A stretch of DNA of 64,000 nucleotides from assembly GCA_964106915.2 (NCBI GenBank), contig OZ066927.1; one strand, written 5' to 3'. The number at the start of each line of letters is the position of its first letter. The first letter of the stretch is position 1. This DNA is from Podarcis gaigeae. Taxonomy: Eukaryota. Positions 1 through 13,200 of this stretch are shown here, piece by piece. Under the pieces are notes generated by a model. That model made no database searches, was not told where the DNA came from, and was given only the letters and a program-made list of their open reading frames with translations. Position numbers and translations under genes: made by a program.

Positions 1-200
1 AGAAGCTATTTATTCTTGGGAATTTCGGGAGTCTCCCTGCTTCTAATTTGCCCTGTTCTGGCAGGGGGGCGGGATCTTCTATGTGCAGAAGACTTAAGGG
101 CAAGAGGCAACTTGAATCTAAAAGTCATAAGAGGAAGAGATCCCAAAAATTTCCTTCAAACAGCATTTCTGTGGCTTCTCCTTTAATCTCCTCCAGGAGG

Positions 201-285
201 TTTTATTATTATTATTTTATTATTTATTGAATTTGTATACCGCCCTTCATCTGAAGATCTCAGGAGGTTCACAGCATAAAAGCAG
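201..285 (-). mobile_element. L2-like LINE 3' tail
   Basis: (TTA)n followed by TATACCGCCCTT...CTCAGGAGGTTCACA. Similar short tails at ~7145-7220 (+), ~15685-15732 (+) and ~43075-43135 (-). Confidence 0.55.
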
Positions 286-377
286 TACAAAAACTCAAAA
301 TGCATAATAAAAGCAAGAGAAAGAACAAACGAACTCCTCCCCCCCCCACTGCCTGATCGTCCTTTATTTTTCCTCAG

Positions 378-3300
378 TTTGTACCTTTTCAAGTTGGGAT
401 TGGCCCCGCAGATTCAAGACCTGTATGGCAAAGTGGACTTCACAGGTGAGGGGAGCTCCTGCCTTCCTGTCCTTGGGTCGGCCATGGAGGAAGTGTCTCG
501 AGTTTTTGTTTTTAGAAAGGGCACTATCTGGCTGTTGGGTTGGACAGCAGAGCCTCCCTTTGCTTTCTGCTAAAGATCAAACCCCAGACTTGGAGCAGGC
601 CTTGCCGTTCTCGAGTGGGGGCCTTCCCAGGTGCTATCTCCTCCACCAGCAGTGGCTGGACCTGTCACTGGGATTTGTGGATGGCAGGGGGGAAGGAGAT
701 GGGGAAATACCTGGCTGCCTTCTTGTTGAACCCTTGGCTGGCTGCCTGCCTTTACCAGGTGTTCAAAAGGGCAGATGGGCATATCCTGGGGCTCACCTGC
801 TGGTCCTTTTCCATTGTGCTATTCCAGAGGAGGAAATCAGCAACATGAGGCTCGAGCTGGAGAAGTATGGGATTCAGATGCCTGCCTTTGGAAAGATTGG
901 TGGGATTTTGGCCAACGAGCTCTCTGTGGATGAAGCAGCACGTAAGGGGAAATGGGTTTCACCCTTTTCGGGTTGGTCGTATGAGATAGAGCATTGCCAT
1001 GGAGACATAATCTATTGGAAGAATTAAATATGATGGAAGGGATTCGGTCTGTAAAAGTGGCAAAGGTTTTATATCATGCAGGGCCTGGAGGTTGCCTTCT
1101 GAGATGAGCACCTCTTTTGCAGCCACGGGTGCTTGCCAGTGTTGTGCTGCCAGAGCTCCTGTTCTCTGCCCAAGTGCCCACGTTCTCCTCCCAAGAAAAG
1201 GAAGGGGCTTGGGCTTGTGGGGTTGAGCATCTCCAGGGGCTGTGACTGACCAGAGCCTGTGCCTGGTGTTCTCTCCAGTGCATGCTGCTGTGATTGCAAT
1301 CAACGACGCCATCGACCGCCAGATTCCTGTTGAAACGTTTGCGGCAATGAGGAACCCCAATGCCATGTTGGTGAATCTGGAAGAGCCCCTTGCGCCCACC
1401 TACCAGAGCACCCTGTACCAGGCGAAGCGGGACAAGACAGAAAATGCACGGAACAAGGTAGAGTTTATTTTTTATACTGCCGAATGACCCAAACCTCTAT
1501 GAGGTTTGCACGTGGCACTTTCTGCTCCATATTGTGGAAGTGCTTAGACCTGCAGCTGGAGAGATTGCTTTGATGGCTTCGACCCACAGCTGCCTCAGGG
1601 TAGATCAGGCTTGCCACAAGGTGATAGCTCTGTCTTGTGGGGAGGAAAGGCTTGCTGTGCCCTGCTCTTCTCTTGCACCTCTCCAGGGCATGTGCTTGAA
1701 TGAGTGCAGTGCCAGGACCTGCCGATGCACATGCCACATTTGAATTAAAATAGGAAAAGTCTCTTTGGCTAGGAATCAGGACTTGCATGGAACTTGGCAG
1801 GAAAGTGACCTAAGCTGAATTTCTGTCTGTCTGTCTTTAAACCAGACTGTGATAGTTAACACACAACTTTTCCTATAAAGCTCAAAGCAGTAAGGAAAGT
1901 GTGATTACTGTACATTGTTACTCCCCCAGGCCACCCCCCCTCCTAAGCTACATGCCTCCCCAGTCCAGTTTACTCTCCTTGAGTGTTTTTGTCTGGTAGG
2001 AGGTGCGCTTGATGTCTGGCAATGCAAACTCTAGGTTTGTGTAGTAACTAGCCTACTGTGAACTGTGCAGAGGTGAAATTTGCATCAGTTGCTCCACCCA
2101 CTTTTGCCTCTGGCCCTGTGCACTGCTGGTATGTGGCCTCTGGAAGATTGCCCAGATAGGAATGCAGCCTTCAGTTTAGAAATGCTCCCTGACACTGCAG
2201 TAGATTGATTGAATACACGTTTGCAGCGTTGGGATACGGCTCTGAAAGCTGGTATTGCCTTGCAGCCACGTGGCTTGCACAACATGCTTCAGTCATTTCT
2301 TGCTAGTTGTTTGGGAATGTGCCTCTGGCAGTGCTGCTTGGTCTGGGAGAAGGATGGGGGGACGGACAGGGAATGTTCCCTTTCACTGCAGGAACTCGGT
2401 GTTGAGTCTCCAAGCGCCTTCCTGCTTTTGGGCAGTGGGGAGAAAGGCCTAGAGGCCCTTGCAGCAGTGTCTCCATGTGGGTCTAGTGCATCCGTCAACC
2501 TGTTTAGCCCCATGCCAGCGCCTTGGAAGCTTTTGCTGCCACCCCCAAAGGCAGCTCTAAGGAGGTGCTCCTGTCCTGACTGCTGTTTTCTCCCTTCTTC
2601 CTTCAGATTGCCTCTGAGGATATGGAAAGGGAAAGGGACGTGTATGAAGAGCTGCTGACTCAAGCAGAGATCCAGGGCAACGTCAACAAAGTCAACAGTA
2701 AGCCCATCATCCCCATCCTAGCCCTCCTGGCCCCTTTATGAGACACTCTTTGCCCAAGAAGCTCCTTTAGGAAGCAGAAAATCCCATCTCTGGATTCCCC
2801 CCCAAAAAACTACTCTCCAACACCATCCTTCTATGTGGGCTCCATTTGCCTCATGAATGTGTTTGAAATGCCGAACTAGAGACTTAGCTGGGAGTAAGCA
2901 GCAGGATGGGGGAGGCAAAGTGCCAGGAGAGACCATCCTCTGTCCATATTGCCACTCCCTCCCCCATTGGCTTCTAGAACCTTCTGTTGTGCTCTGGGAC
3001 ATCTCAGGCATGGGGAGCATTTGGGGTTCTGCATGGGGGGGTTGGAGGTGAAGAAGCCCTCCTGAGGAGGCCTTCCCAAGGCCAGCTGCATCCAGCTTTG
3101 CTTCTCTTTCTCTCTCTCCTCAGCCCACTCGGCCTTGTCCAAGATCGACCTGATTCTGGACCAAGGAGACCCTGCCGCATTGTACGCTGTCCTGTCATCG
3201 GCAGCCTTGGGTCTCCGGGGGCTGCGGCCGGAGAACAGCGACTGGTACCTGAAGCAGCTTCTGAGGGACAAGCAGCAGAAGCTGGAGGTAGGGGAGCCAG

Positions 3301-6300
3301 CAGGTGGGTGGTCCTGGCGCCTGCCTTGCAAGGAGCTCCTTCCGCTGGTGTGCAGTTGGCACCCAGGATGTCTTAAGGACCAACAACACAGACCCCGTGA
3401 ATACATGGTGGCCCTGAGCAACTATTAAGTTTTTGTTCAGCATTGGCCACTGGCTTCCTAATCCGGTTGGCCTGACCTATTCATGGTCTCTTCTCCAAGA
3501 GCAAACTTCCTGTTCTGCTTTGAGATACTGCCCAGCTGCTGCTCTCCATGTTCGGCCAAGCGCTGGGAATTGTGGGAGGCGTTGCACAGAATGCTGCTGC
3601 CGCCTCCTCCACTTTCCCGGTCATGAATAAGGGGGTCAGCAGAAAGGAAATAAAGGGAGGTTCTGGACCTGCTGGGGCTGTTGGAAGCAGCACAGACAGG
3701 TCTACTCTTTCCCCCCTCAGGCCGGCAGAGCTGGGCCCTTGCAGAAGGAGGAGCTGCAGGCCGGGGTGGACGTGGCAAACGGCATGGCTCAGCAGTACCA
3801 GCAGAGTAAGATTTCCTCCGTGGGGCCCCTGCAGTTTGGGTTTTGCAGCTGGACAGGGCAGGCCTTTCTTGTGCTTCAACTGGAAAGCAAGTCCTCTCTT
3901 CAGCCCTCCGCCCTCCCTTCCTGCAGGTTCTGAAGCTGGGGGCTGTCCTCCCACCCAGTTTTCTTGTGACTGCTGTGAGAGCAACCTTCCCCAGCTTCAC
4001 TTTCCCTCCCATTAAGAACACACCATCTCACTCTTGCTTTCTTTATTAATCCCCTCCTCATCTTTTTCAACTTTCATTTGTTTAATGCGGCTGTGGCTGG
4101 CACACCCTTCCATTTCCCCTCCCCTGTGGCCCAGGTGCCCTTGGGCATCTTTCCCTTGGGATGTACTGGCACTGCTGGGTGGGGTCAAGTCCTTCCCTCC
4201 CACTACATCACTCCCTGAGGGAGGAACCTCAGGTGAAGCATTGTCCCTGTTGTGAAAAAAGCAGTCCTGCAGCCCCAAAGGAACCTGTTGCATTGGGCTC
4301 TGCTGTGGTTGAAGTGGACAGTTTCCTTGTGAGGGGAAGGCATGGTGCTTTGCTGTCCGCTGCTTGAAGCAGCCAGATCCTCTTTTCACCTCTGTCCATT
4401 TGGAAGAGGAAGAAGCAGGTCAGCCTGGCATCCTCCCTAGGAGTTGCTCTCGGGGGTCAGCAACATGTCATCACTGTTATTCTTCTTGGTGCACCTGGCT
4501 TGCTCCTGGAAATGCTGGTACGCCCAGGAGCCTCCAGGGGAGCAAAAGCTTCATCCTCTCTCCATGGGCTCTCAGGATTGGCAGCTGTGGGGAGGATCAA
4601 CACAGCCATCCGCAACGGCCTCGCTGAGAAGACAGTGGTGGAACTGATGAACCCCGAGGCCCAGCTGCCTCCAGTCTACCCGTTTGCTGCTGAGCTGTAC
4701 CAGAAGGAACTGGCCACCCTGCAGCAGCAGAGTCCGGACGTAAGTCCCTTGAAGGCTTTTGCTGATGGCTTGCTTTTAAGGTGCCCTTGTGAGACATTGT
4801 TTGGGCATTCCTGCCAGGGCTGTGTGCATCCGTGAGAAATGCATGTTTTCCACCATGAGTCAAGGAGCTGGCTGTGGCTCCCTACTGCATGTGTATGCAG
4901 TGAGGAACATGACCCGTGCCGGATGTGAACTTGACAAGAAGCTCTTCCATGAGCTACATTCACAAGCATGCCGGCCACTCTGCCTCCCAGGGGCACCTTC
5001 ATCCTTCTCTCCTCCTGCAGCATCGTTGGGACTTCATGCTGGGATGAGCATTTGGGGAAGGTGGATCAAGCTGTGCTTGGCTGTGCCTGGCCCCGGGGGC
5101 AGGAGCGCTGCTTGGCTGGCTGGCTGAACTTGGCGGTGCGGCGGGGTGTGTGTGGTGCTGAGGTTTTCTCCTACCATTTGCTTCTGAAATACCTCTGCTA
5201 CTTTGGCCGATGTGATCTGCACTTTTTCCTCTTGTCCGTGTCTACTTAATGTGCACAAGTAGATCCCTCCAGGTCAGGCTTTCAGCCTGGCCTTCCAGGG
5301 ATATTGCAGAATGCTTCTTTTGCTCAGAGAGAGGAAGAAATGATAAGAACCTTGAAATTGTTGACCTGGACCCAGATCCCTCCCCCCCCCCCGGACATTC
5401 TGCCAGTGGAGTTTAGCCAGTACCATCCCCCCTGAGGCCTTGCAGTCCTGGCCTCCCTTCCCAGGCTCCCTTTCCCCACTTTGTGTGGTCAGCATGGTCC
5501 TCTTTCTCTGTCTCCTCAGGGTCACCTCACACACCCAGAACTGTCGGTGGCTGTGGAGATGCTCTCTTCAGTGGCCCTCATCAACCGAGCTCTGGACTCC
5601 GGGGATGTCAACATGGTCTGGAAGCAGCTGAGCAGCTCAGTGACGGGTCTGACAAATGTCGAGGATGAAAACTCCCAGAGGTCAGACCCCCCACCTCCCT
5701 CCACAACACACCCACCAGCCTTTCTCTATTGAGAAGGGCCAAGTGCTGCTGATGGCTGAAATGGGAAGAGATGAAGGAAATGGGACCTGTTAGGCCCTCT
5801 GGCATCGTGATCCAGAGTCCTCTGAGTCCCAAGTGGAGGCTCTGGGGATGGACCAGAGGGCCCAACAGCGCCTCCAATGGCCAGTAGGAAGGAAGTGACA
5901 AGTGGTTTCCAGGAAGTGGGGTAGAAATAGTGATTGGACACTTCTGGCCTGTGAGAGCCCCTTTTGAGGCTCTGGCTTTTGGACCCTCAGGGTTAGGCCA
6001 GGGGAGCAGGCCTTGAAGGGTTTCCTGCAGGCAAACCCCTTTGCATTCATGTGCTCCAGATCATTGCCACTGGGAATGGTGCCTTTTGTGCAGGCCTTCC
6101 ACTTCCTTCATCTCCTGTGGCTTTGCCTGTGTCTTCATGTTTTGTTCTTTCAGTGGCCAGCCCCTTGACATGTGCTGTCTTGACTCTCGGCAGATACATT
6201 GAGGACTTGCTGAAGCTGAAGAGTCAGGCACGGAGCGAAGGGGCAGAGTTCATCACCTGGAATGACATCCAGTCGTGCGTTGACCGGGTGAACGTGGCAG

Positions 6301-9300
6301 TGCATGAAGAGCATGAGCGTAAGTGGCTCTCAGGGTGTGGAAGCTTCCTGGGGGGGACGCCCTTGTTGCCCAAGCCTCCGTCCAAGCCCCATCAGGGCTA
6401 GTTGGTGGCTTGGGATCCGAAAGCCTTGCTTTGGTCCTGTTGGTGCCATGACTGGGTGCGCAGGACTTCTTAGCGAGCCTGAGATCACTGGTGAAATCAA
6501 GGCGCCATTCTGGGAATGGATGTGAAGGCAGCAAAGCACAGAAGGGCATATTCAGAGGTGGAGTGTGTGTCTTTTGCGTGGCCAATGTCTAGTTCAATTG
6601 GTGGCCACGCAAGGCAGTTTTCTAGCCCAGACTGTCATAGGTTCGTCAGGTGGTTGCCTTATCTATAAAAGTATCAGATCAACAGGAAGTTGTGGGCTGA
6701 AAATAACACGGTGCAACCCCAAACACTTGGGATGCTAACCAGGCAAGACAGCATGCCAGGATGTGCTGTCGAAAGTCTGGCCCATCTTGTCTTCCCTGTG
6801 CACTCGGCCTCTGTTAGGGTGAGGTCAGTGTCTCCCTTGAGGGAGGAGACGGTGCTCCTCCTCCTCAGGGGCAGGAGAATGGGAGGACCTCCTTCAGCCC
6901 GGGAACGTCAGCAAGGGCGAAGTGGGTCTCATCAGAGGGAGGCAGTTCCTCCACTGTCCAGCATCTCTTGTGTTCAGCAGGTGCTTCCGTTGCTCTGAGG
7001 AACAAGATGCCAGAGGCCTTGTCAGGCTTTAGCTGCCTTGAACTCAGCCAGTCCGATTAGGGTTTTTATGGCTGGTGTATGGTTTTAACATCGTCTTCTA
7101 TAGTTCTATAAATTCATATTTAGGGCTAGTATATTACTTTTGTAATTTGTTTTATATTTTAATACCGCATGAAAGCAACCTTGGGAAAGTCGTTTCCCTA
7201 AAGGGTGGCATATAAGCCTTTAGAGGGGGAAAACGGCAAAGTCAGCCCTCCCTGCCTGCTCCCCTCTGTGAGCTCTCCCAGTCAACCCTGGCTGCTCCCT
7301 CAGCCCTTTCAGTAAACTGGGGAGTGCTTTTCCCTTCCTTTCCTGGCCTTGTCCTCAGGTGCCTGGCCTAACAGTTGCAGTGTGTGGGCCAGCAGAGAGC
7401 AGGAGCAGAAGGCCTACCGGGGGAGGGTGCCTCATGTGCCCCTAGAGATCCCCCTGCCTTCATCCTTCCTTTCTGTCCTGTTTGCTCCAGGGATCTTGGC
7501 AATCGGGCTCATCAATGAGGCTTTGGATGAAGGAGATGCGAGGAAGACCTTGCAGGCACTGCAGATTCCTGCAGCAAAGCTGGAGGGGGTCACCCCCAAA
7601 GTAGCACAGCATTACCAAGATGTGCTGCTCCGCACCAAGAGGGAGAAAGCTCAGGTGTGTTGGGCATCCCTCCCTGCATCCAGGGGTGGGGAGGTTTTCA
7701 CTGTCTGACTGGGAGTGTTCCACAGCCCCATACTTTAGCGGGGTCAGGCCAGATAACCTGGGCCGTCCTTCGACGCCCAGGGAGGATGGCCGTGATGCCT
7801 CTGTTGGCTCTCAGGGGCCTTTGAGTGGCCTCCTGTCTGTGCACTGTCAAGGTATGCAACTTCTGCCACAGCTTTGGGGTCCTCTTTGGCCCATCAATAA
7901 GATACTTGTATGCAATGTTGATGTTTATTAATAGCATTGCTTGTCCCCAGCCCCCTTTATGTTCATGAGCTTCTGTTGAGTCTCGTTTGGCCCATCAGGA
8001 AAATTTCTGGTTCTCTGAGGGAAGGGGAGGCAGAGACCCGGCCAATCTCCTTCCACCCACTTAGAGCAAGGGGTAGCCAATATGGTGCCCTCAGGATACC
8101 GTTGGACTCCAACTTCCAGCAAGGCCGATGGTCAGGGATAATGGTAGGAGCTGCCACCATCCCTTTCAAAGAGAGTATTTCACTCTTCATCAGTGCTTCA
8201 TCAGAGGCAAGCTGGACTGTGTACCATTTAGCTAAATGGATTTTAGTTTAAAACTGAGCCAGTCTGTAGGTGGAGGCAAATGTTGCTTTGCACGCCAGTC
8301 ATCTAGCATTTCTAAATTGGACTGGCTGAGACTGGAGTGGGCTGGGAAAATTGAGAGGCAAAGCAGGCCTTTTGCCCCTCCGCTCGGTATGACATCCTCT
8401 CTTCGGTTTGGCTTCAGTTTCTCTGCTGGGGATGAACCTTGCTTTGCTTTGCTTTCAGGAAACTCGGGATGAAACAGCTGTCCTCTGGCTGGATGAAATC
8501 CAGGGGGGTGTTCTCCAGGCAAACAGGGACACAGAGGAAGCCCAGCGCTGTGAGTCTCCCTGTCGTCTTTTCAGCGGGGGGGGGGGGGGGTTGGGGGGGG
8601 GAAGCTGCCAATCTCTGTTCCCATCTAAAGATGCAACCATGCCAGTGGGGTGGGAAGCAGGTTCTGTTTGTTTGGACACTGGCATTTCTCTTGGTCACAC
8701 TTCCCAGAAGCCTGCTTCCTAATACCCAACTGGCATTGGGGTCATTTTAGCCCTAGGGATCAAGGATGTCTCTGTAACTTGGCTTCTGGCAGCGAGGGAA
8801 CCGCCAGAAGGCCCTCGGCACTGGACCTCAGTGTCCGGGCAGAATAATGGAGGTGGAGACGTTTATTTTTGTGGCCGCTCAGACTCTCCTCTACCCTCTC
8901 CCTGCGTTTTGGCCTGTGTCTCTGCAGAGGTTGCAAGGGCTTCTCTTGCTTTTATCTCAGTTGCCTTAGGGATCCTGGCCATCAACGAGGCAGTGGACCA
9001 AGGAGATGTTGGGGTAACCCTGGGTTGCCTGCGTTCAGCTGACGTAGGGCTGTATGGCGTGACCCCAGAGTGTGCAGACACTTACCAGCAGGAGCTGGCG
9101 GACGTCAAGAGGACGAAACTGGCAGCAGGTGAAGGCGGGGGCTGGAGAGGAATGGGGGCTGTGGTCTGTATGGGCCTGGACTGGCGGAGGGGAGAGGCTG
9201 TGTTGACAGCTAGGCTGTCTTTGGCCATCCATGTCAGTGTTTGTAAAAAGCAAAAAAAGGTTTTATTCACATTAAAGAAACAGTGGCCATTTTAGCCATT

Positions 9301-10210
9301 ACAATCCAGGCCAGCTTTGCCTCCGCTCCCCACTTTGCTCCTACCAGAGTACTTGCCTGGCAGTGTCTGCACACATTGTGCCACAGAGCCCCACGGTTCC
9401 TCCTCACGGAGGCAGAGAAAAAGGGCTTCTTTGTCCCCCTCCCCACGACATCCCATTTCTTCCAGGAGACAACGGCAGTGAGTGGGTGAAGCACTGGGTG
9501 AAGGGAGGCTACCATTATTACCATAGCCTGAGGACCAAAGAAGGAAGCTGGGAAGAGCCCCAGGGAGGATTTGTGCCAAACAACACACAGCTCTCCCGGG
9601 AGGATATCCAGGTATGTTGAACATGTGCCACCTCCTCTAGTCCTCAGCACCACCAAATCAGGGCCAAGTGCCTCTTGACCTGGTCAGTGCAAGGGAGGGG
9701 TGTCATCACGGGGTATCAGGTTTGCTTTGCCCCCTCTCAAGTGATCCTTGATTTCCTTTGCTCAGTCACTGACATGTGCAAGGCCCTTTATGACTTCAGG
9801 GGGCAGTTTGGGTGCTTCTGCTGCAAGATTTTTTCTCGCTATTTCTTTAAAACAGAACTATGATAGGAGTGGAGAAGTGGGACCCACTTCCTTGACTTGG
9901 CAGGAATACCACCTGCTATTTGGTTCTTCCCCTCCCTTCCAGCTGCTCATTATAAAAGCTATTATGTAACTTGAGCAATGGGTCTTAAGTTTGCTGGTTT
10001 CCCTTCTCCCTCCCCATCCCACTTTCCTTTTGTGCCAAGTCTATTAGATTGTAAGCCTGTGGGCACAGCCTGCTTTTCTAATCTTGGTACAATGCCTGGA
10101 AAATTGTAAGGTAGTAGCTATATAAGATAGTTGCAGCAAAAAGAATAGCCTCGTAGTACCTTAAACACTAAGAAATGTATTATGGCATAAACTTCAGGTG
10201 CTTCATCATT

Positions 10211-10250
<40 letters not shown>

Positions 10251-13200
10251 GTTTACGTTCCAGATAAAAACCATAAAATACAATTATATCAGCAAAATAT
10301 TAAAATGACATTAAAACCTGGTAGTACCCCTACACAAGGGACGCGGGAGGCGCTGTGGGTTAAACCACAGAGCCTAGGACTTGCCGATCAGAAGGTTGGT
10401 GGTTCGAATCCCTGCGACGGGGTGAGCTCCCGTTGCTCGGTCCATACTCCTGCCAACCTAGCAGTTCGAAAGCACATCAAAGTGCAAGTAGATAAATAGG
10501 TACCACTCTGGCGGGAAGGTAAACGGTGTTTCTGTGCGCTGCTCTGGTTCGCCAGAAGCGGCTTAGTCATGCTGGCCACATGATCCAGAAGCTGTACGCT
10601 GGCTCCCTTGGCCAATAAAGCGAGATGAGTGTCGCAACCCCAGAGTCGGTCACAACTGGACCTAATAGTCAGGGGTTCCTTTACCTTTTAGTACCCCTAC
10701 ACAGTGGCAAAAGGGCAGCAAAGGCAAAGTAAAGGTCCCTGAAGGTAGAGTGAATAAACACTCCCTGAGGTGATGCAGGGAGCACCTGACAGCCCATCAG
10801 AGGCAGCAACTCCTTCCACCATGAAGGCCGTTCTCTTGGGTCACCCTGAGTTGAGGGACCTGCCTCTGGGGCAAGGATGGGTATTGGTTGCCTTTTGGCC
10901 AGGTGCTGAGTGCAGCCTTTTTCCTCCCCCCCCCCCCCGCTGCCTTTCCCCGGGCCAATGGGGATCTAGAGCTCCATCTCTGCCGTCACCGCCGCGTACA
11001 ACCGAGAGCAGCTCTGGCTGGCCAACGAGAACCTGATTACCAGGCTGCAGGCCTGTTGCCGCGGCTACCTTGTCCGCCAGGAGTTCAGTGGCCGGATGCG
11101 TTTCTTGAAGAAGCAAGTTCCTGCCATCACCTGCATCCAGGTACAGGGGGAACTGGTGGTGGGAGGGCAGGGAGAACTTGGGGAGAGAAAGCAAAGAGCT
11201 GCCGGGGGTGGGCATTGAGGGTAGGGAACTCTGGGTCAGGGATGTGTAATGTGGCTGGTCTGTGGCGGTACCCACTTGGCAAAGCTTCCTTTGGTCTGTT
11301 GGCTGGACTTTTTCAAGCTACCCACAGTCAACTCTTTTGTTCTCATTCTGTTGTTTGCGGTTGCTGGCTGGGGATACCATGTTCCGCAGGCTGTATCTCA
11401 CGGCTGTGGAGAATTGGAGGAGCCCAGTTCTGATGCCAGAGTGATGGGCAGCTAAGCAATGGGCCATGCAGCCCCCCTAAGTACCTGCTTCTTTCGCCCC
11501 AACCAAATCATGCAGGAGAACAGCCCAGCATTGGCTTGGAAGAGTTTTTTTGGTCTTTCCTGCTGGGGTAGGGGAGTGAGGTTTTTTAAGCTTTAAGCTC
11601 CCCCAGGGGATCTGTTGCAAGGGTGGTGGATATTTTGGTTCCTTGTTTTCAAATCTGGGTGAGAGAGGCTCTTTGGAGAGAGCTGGCCATGCTGCTGAAA
11701 GCCCAGATCCTGTTTGCTGCTCATTACAGTGCCATGGCTCCTTGGCACTGTTTCTGTTCAGAGTCCCTTGTTTTGAGGTGGTTTGGCTTTCACTAGAGGC
11801 TGTTTTTGGTCCAGCAGCTGAGCAAAGAGAAGCAGTGGCTGTCCCCAGCTGTGATCAGTTTTGGGGTGCAGACTGGAGGGAAGTGGGGGGTGTAGAAGCA
11901 TACAGGAGATGTTGCAGTCAGGCAAAGGAGGCCTCTAACCTGGTGTTGGGTTTGGTTTCAGTCTCAGTGGCGTGGCTACAAGCAGCGAAAGGCCTATCAA
12001 GACCGCCTGAAGTACTTGGAGGCCCACAAGGATGAAGCGGTGAAGGTAATTATCTTTCTAGGTCAGGCACTTTGGAATTGGAGCTCACCCCACCCCACAC
12101 CTACTCTGTCTTTCCAGGATGGATAAAACTGGTGGTCTCCTTCCCCTCCCACTTCCTTGCCTCCGCCAAAGCCCTCTGGGACTCCTAGTGGCTGGTCTTA
12201 ACCCCTTCATACTCAAAATAGCACTTATACATATTTACGCTTGACAACAATATTCCACACTCTTTTAGATGTGGCGGCCATTTTATGTTAGGCCATGCCC
12301 TCGCAGCAGCCATTTTGTAACCAGCACCCACAAAATTCCCATGTGCCCACTAGCCCCAAAGAGTTGGCAACCTCTGCTTTCAAACAGACCAGATATGAAA
12401 TCCTCTGGCCCATGGGTCTAATCCAGCCTTCCGGGCCTTTCCACCAAGCCCCAAGCCATGCCCCCTCCTCTTTGGCTGTGCTTGCTTCGCTTCTCCACCC
12501 TCTCACAAGAGGCCAGCAATATTCCCATGTCTCTTCCAGAAAAAGGCTAGCAGTGGTTGTCTGCCCTGATCCCCTTTTGCCTGATCTTCTTCTACTTGCT
12601 TTGCCTCTCTCAGTTAACCTCTCACTCTCCCCCACCCCCCGCAAAAAAAAAGGAAAGGAAAAGAAGGTCCTGTTCCTCTTTCGGCCATCTGCTTCCCTCT
12701 TCCTCACTGCCATGGTGCCTGCAGGCAAAACAAAAACAACATCCCCTTGGTAGGGCCAAGCACTACTCAGGCCTTCTCCTTCCCAAACGTGTCCACAGTA
12801 ACCTCCTAGGAAATGACTCGGCCACCTGCTTTGAAGCCTCCTTTCCCACCTCACACCCATGCAAGGCATCTCCTGGTGCATGGTGTGCTTCAGCCAAGAT
12901 TGGAAAGCTCAGCCATGGATTGTCACCTCACCTGGCATTGTAAGGAGAGAAAAGGAAGGGGCTTCATCTGACCCACGTGCAACCAGGATGAGGATACAAA
13001 GCCAGGGGCTCCACCTACCCTTCTCTACCAGAAAGCAGGAGGTCCCAGAGCCCCCATTCTCCCTCCACTCCCCCCTACTCAGCTTAGTGCAGCACCTATT
13101 TCAGCACCCATTCTCAATTTTCCCATCTTCCACAGATTCAAGCCATGACCAGGATGTACCAGGCCCGGAAACGGTACCGAGGTCGGCTGCAGTACTTCCG

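Noticed and set aside
425-1027. 200-aa ORF as a standalone gene
   Set aside because: Only 828-941 is coding (an IQGAP1 exon); the rest is intron read-through. The same applies to most ORF-track entries in 1-26 kb.
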